A program made the translations under genes and the position numbers. Under the pieces are notes generated by a model. It was not told the origin of the DNA, searched no databases, and saw only the letters and a list, made by a program, of their open reading frames with translations. A stretch of 63,053 bases of DNA, the filler included. It is 3 parts of 3 records of this genome, joined end to end, with 100 filler letters (N's around TTAATTAATTAA, not from the genome) between each part and the next. Parts side by side here need not be neighbours in the genome. Positions count along the whole stretch, not along the records: positions 45,444 to 63,053 come from SRR31156797_4825; 2 more parts are not named here. One strand, written 5' to 3'. This document shows, one piece after another, positions 58,056 through 63,053 of the stretch (the first letter of the stretch is position 1; each line of letters opens with the position of its first letter).

Positions 58056-58430
58056 ATGAGCCAACACACGATCAGCCATTACCTTTGCATCGGTTGCCCG
58101 CTCGGCTGTCGTCTCGAGGTCGAACAGGACGGCAAAACCGACGACATCGTCGAGGTTCGCGGCTGGTCGTGCAAAAAGGGCGATCGCTACGGCCGCCAGG
58201 AACATACCGATCCGCGCCGCATGGTGACGACGACGGTCCGAATCAGCGGCGCCGGGTTGGCGCGCCTGCCGGTCAAGACCAGTGAGCCGATCCCGAAAGG
58301 CCAGGTCGAGCAGGTCTGCGCCATGTTGCGCGCAATCAACATCGATGCGCCCGTATCGATGGGCGACGTCGTCGTTGCCGATATCGCCGGCAGCGGTGCC
58401 GACATCGTCGCCACCCGCGATATGGATTGA
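58056..58430 (+). CDS. DUF1667 CxxC protein
   Basis: CIGCPLGC...C, P.R.VTTTV, PVKTSEPIPK, DIVATR. Confidence 0.88.
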   Translation: MSQHTISHYLCIGCPLGCRLEVEQDGKTDDIVEVRGWSCKKGDRYGRQEHTDPRRMVTTTVRISGAGLARLPVKTSEPIPKGQVEQVCAMLRAINIDAPVSMGDVVVADIAGSGADIVATRDMD

Positions 58431-58446
58431 ACGATTTCTTTGCTTT

Positions 58447-59241
58447 CTATTCGGCGTCGGCGGGCCGGGTTTCCGGCGGCGGCGCGACGAACAACTCAAC
58501 ACCGGCTTCGGAAAGCCGTTTTTCGATCGATTCCGGCGGCGTCTTATCGGTGAAGAGGGCAGAAATCTGCCCGATATCGCCAAGCCGGACCATGGCGTTG
58601 CGCCCGAACTTGGTGTGGTCGGTGGCCAGGAAAACGCGCCGCGAATTGTCCATGATGGCCTGGGCGACGCGCACCTCGCGATAGTCGAAATCGAGCATGA
58701 CGCCGTCCAGATCGATGCCGCTGATGCCGACGATACCGTAGTCCACCTTGAACTGGCTGATCAGGTCGATCGTCGCTTCACCGATGATCCCGCGGTCGCG
58801 TGCCCGCACCACCCCGGCGGCGACGATGACTTCGAATTCCGGGTTCGAACACATGATGCTGGCGACGTTCAGGTTGTTGGTGATGATGCGCAGGCCGGAA
58901 TGATCGAGCAGTGCCTTCGCCACCTCTTCGGTCGTCGTGCCGATGTTGATGAACAGCGACGCGTTGTCCGGGATGTGCGACGCCACCAGTTCGGCAATCC
59001 GGCGTTTTTCCTCGAGGCACAGGACCTGACGCGTCGTATAGGAAACGTTCTCGACGCTGGACGCGATGCCGGCGCCGCCGTGATAGCGTTGCACCAGCGA
59101 CATGTCGTTCAGTTGGTTGATATCGCGGCGGACGGTTTGCGGGGTGACGCCGAAGCGTTGCGCCAGGGCGTCGACACTGACATAACCCTGCCGTTGCACA
59201 AGATCCAGAATCTGTTCCTGCCGAGCGTTCGGTTTCGGCAT
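58447..59241 (-). CDS. glpR: Glycerol-3-phosphate regulon repressor
   Basis: VTPQTVRRD, RYHGGA, SSVEN, LFINIGTTTE, DFDYREV; divergent from glpK. Confidence 0.9.
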   Translation of the reverse strand: MPKPNARQEQILDLVQRQGYVSVDALAQRFGVTPQTVRRDINQLNDMSLVQRYHGGAGIASSVENVSYTTRQVLCLEEKRRIAELVASHIPDNASLFINIGTTTEEVAKALLDHSGLRIITNNLNVASIMCSNPEFEVIVAAGVVRARDRGIIGEATIDLISQFKVDYGIVGISGIDLDGVMLDFDYREVRVAQAIMDNSRRVFLATDHTKFGRNAMVRLGDIGQISALFTDKTPPESIEKRLSEAGVELFVAPPPETRPADAE

Positions 59242-59329
59242 CGTTTCCCCGCCTGGTTAGCTTTTTACCCCGGGCGGTGTTCTACCACATCGGATGGTCA
59301 TTCCCAAATTTCGGAATCCAATATCATAA

Positions 59330-59347
59330 CGTTTCGCAAACGAACCG
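59330..59347. promoter_or_regulatory. GlpR operator candidate
   Basis: TTCG-CAAA-CGAA core in the glpR/glpK intergenic region. Confidence 0.5.
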
Positions 59348-59492
59348 TAATGTGAAATCCGTTGTTCTTGCCGATGGCCGACTAGCGCGCTGATATTTAA
59401 GCGATAGCCCCGTCCGGGCGCCGATTCCAGCGGACATGGCGGGTAACGGAGTGAGTGGAATCCGCTGGAAGAGACGCTTTCGAGCCGATCAA

Positions 59493-59510
59493 ATTTTCGT
59501 TTTCGAACAT
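59493..59510. promoter_or_regulatory. GlpR operator upstream of glpK
   Basis: ATTTTCG-TTTT-CGAACAT, one mismatch from the palindrome ATGTTCG-N4-CGAACAT. Confidence 0.72.
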
Positions 59511-59588
59511 ATCTTTCTTGACACGGAAATCGCCAACCAACATCATCGATCCGGGCCAAATGCATAAAAGCGTAATCGGGAGGGGGCC

Positions 59589-61076
59589 TTGAACGAACAG
59601 CCGTACCTGCTTGCCATCGATCAGGGAACGACCAGTACCCGAGCCATTCTTTTCGATGCCGACTGTTTGCCCCAGGCCACCGCCCAGATCGAATTGCCGC
59701 AGATTTTCCCGCGCGACGGCTGGGTTGAGCACGCGCCCGAGGAAATCTGGTCGGCCACCATCGCCACCTGCCGCCAGGTCATGACCGAAAAGGATGTCGG
59801 GGCTGCCGACGTTGCCGCCATCGGCATCACCAATCAACGCGAAACCGTTGTTATCTGGGACCGCAAGACCGGCCGCCCGATTTATAACGCCGTCGTCTGG
59901 CAGGATCGCCGCACCGCCGATTTCTGCCGGCAACTGACCGCCGAGGGGCAAGAGGACCTGGTCCGCAAAAAAACCGGCCTGGTCATCGACCCCTATTTTT
60001 CCGGCACCAAGATCACCTGGCTGTTGGACAACGTATCGGGCGCCCGCGAAGCCGCGATGCGCGGCGACCTTGCCTTCGGCACCATCGATTGTTTCTTGCT
60101 GTGGCGGCTGACGGACGGCGCCGTGCACGCCACCGATGCCACCAACGCATCGCGGACCATGGCCTTCAATATCCATACCCAGGATTGGGACGACGAACTG
60201 CTGGAAATGCTGCGCATTCCGCGCGCCATCCTGCCGGAAGTGCGCGACAACGCGGCCGACTTCGGCACCACCGAACCGAGCCTGCTCGGCGGCGCGATTC
60301 CCATCGGAGGCATGGCCGGCGATCAGCAGGCGGCGACGGTCGGCCAGGCCTGTTTCGAGCCGGGCATGATCAAAAGCACATACGGCACCGGTTGTTTCGC
60401 GCTTCTGAATACGGGTGAAAAAGCCGTCGAATCGCAGAACCGTTTATTGACGACGGTCGCCTATCGGCTTGGCGGCAAGCCGATCTACGCGATCGAAGGC
60501 AGCATCTTCGTCGCCGGCGCCGCCATCCAATGGCTGCGCGACGGATTACGCCTGATTGCCAACGCGCCCGATTCGGAACGCCTGGCGCGCAGCATCGAGG
60601 ACTCGGGCGGCGTCTATCTTGTGCCGGCCTTCGTCGGCCTAGGCGCGCCGTATTGGGACCCGGACGCGCGCGGCGCCATTCTGGGTTTGACCCGCGACTC
60701 GGGCATCGCCCATGTCGTGCGTGCGGCCCTGGAATCAGTCTGTTACCAGACCCGCGATCTGATGCAGGCAATGGCCGACGACGGCGCCGCGCCGCCGAAG
60801 GCGATTCGCGTCGACGGCGGCATGGTCGCCAACGACTGGGTGGTGCAGTACCTGGCCGACGTTCTCGGCATTCCGGTGGAACGCCCCACCGTCATCGAAA
60901 CCACCGCCATCGGGGCTGCCTTCCTGGCCGGCCTGCAGACCGGGGTCTATGACTCGCTCGATGACATCTCGTCGCGCTGGCAGCGTGATTGCCTGTGCGA
61001 ACCGGCCATGGACGCAGGCCTGCGCGACCGCCTGTACGCCGGTTGGAAGGACGCCGTTCGGCGCATCCGAAGCTAA
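59589..61076 (+). CDS. glpK: Glycerol kinase
   Basis: [45 protein letters not shown] start. Confidence 0.97.
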   Translation: MNEQPYLLAIDQGTTSTRAILFDADCLPQATAQIELPQIFPRDGWVEHAPEEIWSATIATCRQVMTEKDVGAADVAAIGITNQRETVVIWDRKTGRPIYNAVVWQDRRTADFCRQLTAEGQEDLVRKKTGLVIDPYFSGTKITWLLDNVSGAREAAMRGDLAFGTIDCFLLWRLTDGAVHATDATNASRTMAFNIHTQDWDDELLEMLRIPRAILPEVRDNAADFGTTEPSLLGGAIPIGGMAGDQQAATVGQACFEPGMIKSTYGTGCFALLNTGEKAVESQNRLLTTVAYRLGGKPIYAIEGSIFVAGAAIQWLRDGLRLIANAPDSERLARSIEDSGGVYLVPAFVGLGAPYWDPDARGAILGLTRDSGIAHVVRAALESVCYQTRDLMQAMADDGAAPPKAIRVDGGMVANDWVVQYLADVLGIPVERPTVIETTAIGAAFLAGLQTGVYDSLDDISSRWQRDCLCEPAMDAGLRDRLYAGWKDAVRRIRS

Positions 61077-61367
61077 TCTGGACAAATAACGAAAGTTGTC
61101 GGTTCGCCGATGGCTTTCAAATCGATTTGAGGGAGGGAGGATTGTCAGTCGAAAATGCAATAAAACTGCAATATAATTGCAACAGATCGGTCAGTGATGA
61201 CGGTTACGACTCCATCCTATCAGAGCATCGGCGTCCTCGATACAACTCGGGGCGCGTTAACGGATTGAACGACGCGGATACCGTAATCGTTCGATAGATG
61301 CGTCGTTTTCGGGAGGGTCTTTCCGCATTGGGCGGATGGAGACCCGCGTACCACGGAGGAGGAGGCA

Positions 61368-62684
61368 ATGAAGTTCAAACAATCTGCGGTGTTTTTGGCT
61401 GTTGCGGCGTTTGTCGGCGGCATGGCCGGAGGTGCCAACGCGGTTACCGAAATTCAGTGGTGGCACGCCCATGGCGGCGCGCTCGGCGAACGTGTCAATG
61501 AAATCGCCGACAACTTCAACCGCTCGCAGAGCGACTACAAGGTCATCGCCACCTACAAGGGCAATTACAGCGAAACCATGACGGCGGGTATCGCCGCCTT
61601 CCGGGCGAAAAAGCAACCGCACATCCTGCAGGTCTTCGAAGTCGGTACGGCCACCCTGATGGGGGCCAAGGGTGCGGTGAAGCCGATCTACGAAGTGATG
61701 GCCGACAGTGGCGTCGCCTTCGATCCCAGTGTCTACATTCCGGCCGTCACATCCTATTACACGACGACGGACGGCAAGATGCTGTCGATGCCGTTCAATT
61801 CGTCGACCCCGGTTTTCTGGTACAACAAGGATGCCTTCAAGAAGGCCGGCCTTGATCCGAACGCACCGCCGAAGACCTGGCCCGAGGTGGCCGAGGCAGG
61901 CAAGAAGCTGATCGCGGCGGGTTATCAGTGCGGCTTCAGCACGGCCTGGATTTCTTGGATCCACCTCGAAAACTTCAGCGCCTGGCACGACGTGCCGTTC
62001 GGCACCAAAGAGAACGGTTTTGCCGGTCTCGACACCGAGTTCGCCTTCAACAGCCCGCTGCATGTGAAGCATATTCAGCAGTTGGCCGATTGGCAGAAGG
62101 ACAAGATCTTCGTCTATGGCGGCCGGCGCAATCTGGGCAATCCGAAATTCATCAGCGGTGAATGCCCGATGTACACCGAATCCTCGGCCGGTTACGGCAG
62201 TTTCAAGGCCGGCTCCAAGTTCGAATTCGGTGTCGGCAACCTGCCGTATTGGCCGGAAGCCAAGGGGGCGCCCCAGAACACCATCATCGGCGGGGCCAGC
62301 ATGTGGGTGATGGCCGGTCATGCCGACGCCGACTACAAGGGCGTGGCCGAGTTCATGCGCTTCCTGTCGCTGCCCATGGTCCAGGCCTATTGGCATGCCT
62401 ACACGGGTTATGTGCCGATCACCAATACGGCCTACGACCTGATGAAGGCGGTCAAGTTCTATGAGGACTATCCGGGCCGCGACATCCCGATCCTGCAGAT
62501 GAGCTCCAAGGCGCCGACACCCAATTCCAAGGGGCTGCGCTTCGGCAACTTCGCTCAGGTTCGCGATGTCATTTACGGAGAACTCGAGAACATCTTCGCC
62601 GGCAACAAGACGGCGCAACAGGGTCTCGACGATGCCGTGAAGCAGGGCAACGCGCTTTTGCGCAAGTTCGAAAAGACCCAGTGA
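61368..62684 (+). CDS. ugpB: sn-glycerol-3-phosphate ABC transporter substrate-binding protein
   Basis: Signal peptide, EIQWWHA, QVFEVGTAT, MPFNSSTP, QNTIIGGAS, GLRFGN. Confidence 0.95.
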   Translation: MKFKQSAVFLAVAAFVGGMAGGANAVTEIQWWHAHGGALGERVNEIADNFNRSQSDYKVIATYKGNYSETMTAGIAAFRAKKQPHILQVFEVGTATLMGAKGAVKPIYEVMADSGVAFDPSVYIPAVTSYYTTTDGKMLSMPFNSSTPVFWYNKDAFKKAGLDPNAPPKTWPEVAEAGKKLIAAGYQCGFSTAWISWIHLENFSAWHDVPFGTKENGFAGLDTEFAFNSPLHVKHIQQLADWQKDKIFVYGGRRNLGNPKFISGECPMYTESSAGYGSFKAGSKFEFGVGNLPYWPEAKGAPQNTIIGGASMWVMAGHADADYKGVAEFMRFLSLPMVQAYWHAYTGYVPITNTAYDLMKAVKFYEDYPGRDIPILQMSSKAPTPNSKGLRFGNFAQVRDVIYGELENIFAGNKTAQQGLDDAVKQGNALLRKFEKTQ

Positions 62685-62755
62685 TTCAAGCCTGAGGTTT
62701 CCGGAGCCGTCCGCGCGATTGCGGGCGGCTCCGCCCTCGACCCGGAATTGCTCGC

Positions 62756-63053
62756 ATGGAAAAGCGCGTCGTTTTCAATCAAAAGGTGTTGCCTTATCTG
62801 CTGCTGGCGCCGCAGGTGGCGGTCACCCTGATATTTTTCATTTGGCCGGCGTCGCAGGCGCTGTTCCAGTCGATGCTGCTTGAAGATCCCTTCGGGCTTC
62901 GCACCGAATTCGTTTGGTTTGAGAATTTTATTTATCTTTTCAACGACCCAGAATACCTGCACTCGTTCCATGTGACGGTGTTCTTCAGTTTTTCCGTGGC
63001 CATATCGGCGTTGGCCTTCGCCCTTTTTCTGGCCGTGCAGGCCGACCGCGTGA
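62756..63053 (+). CDS. ugpA: sn-glycerol-3-phosphate ABC permease (partial)
   Basis: MEKRVVF...LPYLLLAPQ..VTLIFFIWPA...DPFG..FVWFENF; runs off the window end. Confidence 0.92.
   Translation, partial: MEKRVVFNQKVLPYLLLAPQVAVTLIFFIWPASQALFQSMLLEDPFGLRTEFVWFENFIYLFNDPEYLHSFHVTVFFSFSVAISALAFALFLAVQADRV

Noticed and set aside
39150-61076. Link between glucosylglycerate synthesis (contig B) and GH116/glycerol catabolism (contig C)
   Set aside because: Separated by an artificial spacer and apparently from different organisms.
1-63053. CRISPR array, cas, reverse transcriptase, intact integrase or recognisable defence operon
   Set aside because: No regularly spaced repeats or diagnostic protein motifs seen by eye.

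Overview
The window is three unrelated contigs joined by artificial N/TTAATTAATTAA spacers (26297-26396, 45344-45443). Contig A (1-26296, lower GC, Desulfobulbaceae-like by protein style) starts with the 3' part of tRNA-Leu(TAA). Two tandem, integrase-less island relics follow, separated by a duplicated tRNA 3' end. Each has a decayed copy of the same phage-like cassette (ferredoxin-like ORF and SleB-like cell-wall hydrolase) and its own intact hybrid histidine kinase; copy 1 also has an unannotated small phage protein and a lysozyme-like pseudogene. The rest of contig A holds an IS481 relic, MocR/EamA, MltB, an archaeal-type homocysteine/sulfide-assimilation trio, ilvA, cobB, TetR/acuI, PLD, DUF547 and a MITE-like element. 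Contig B (26397-45343, Desulfobacterales-like) has a sigma-54 Orange-protein (Orp) operon, a two-route glucosylglycerate cluster whose first gene appears to start at ATT, and carB followed by a PurF-like protein lacking its catalytic Cys. Contig C (45444-63053, high GC, alphaproteobacteria-like) has a GH116/tagatose-aldolase sugar operon abutting a glycerol/G3P cluster (two GlpR paralogues, two kinds of G3P dehydrogenase, glpK, ugpQ, ugpBA). Taxonomic and family calls come from motif recognition only; no searches were run.
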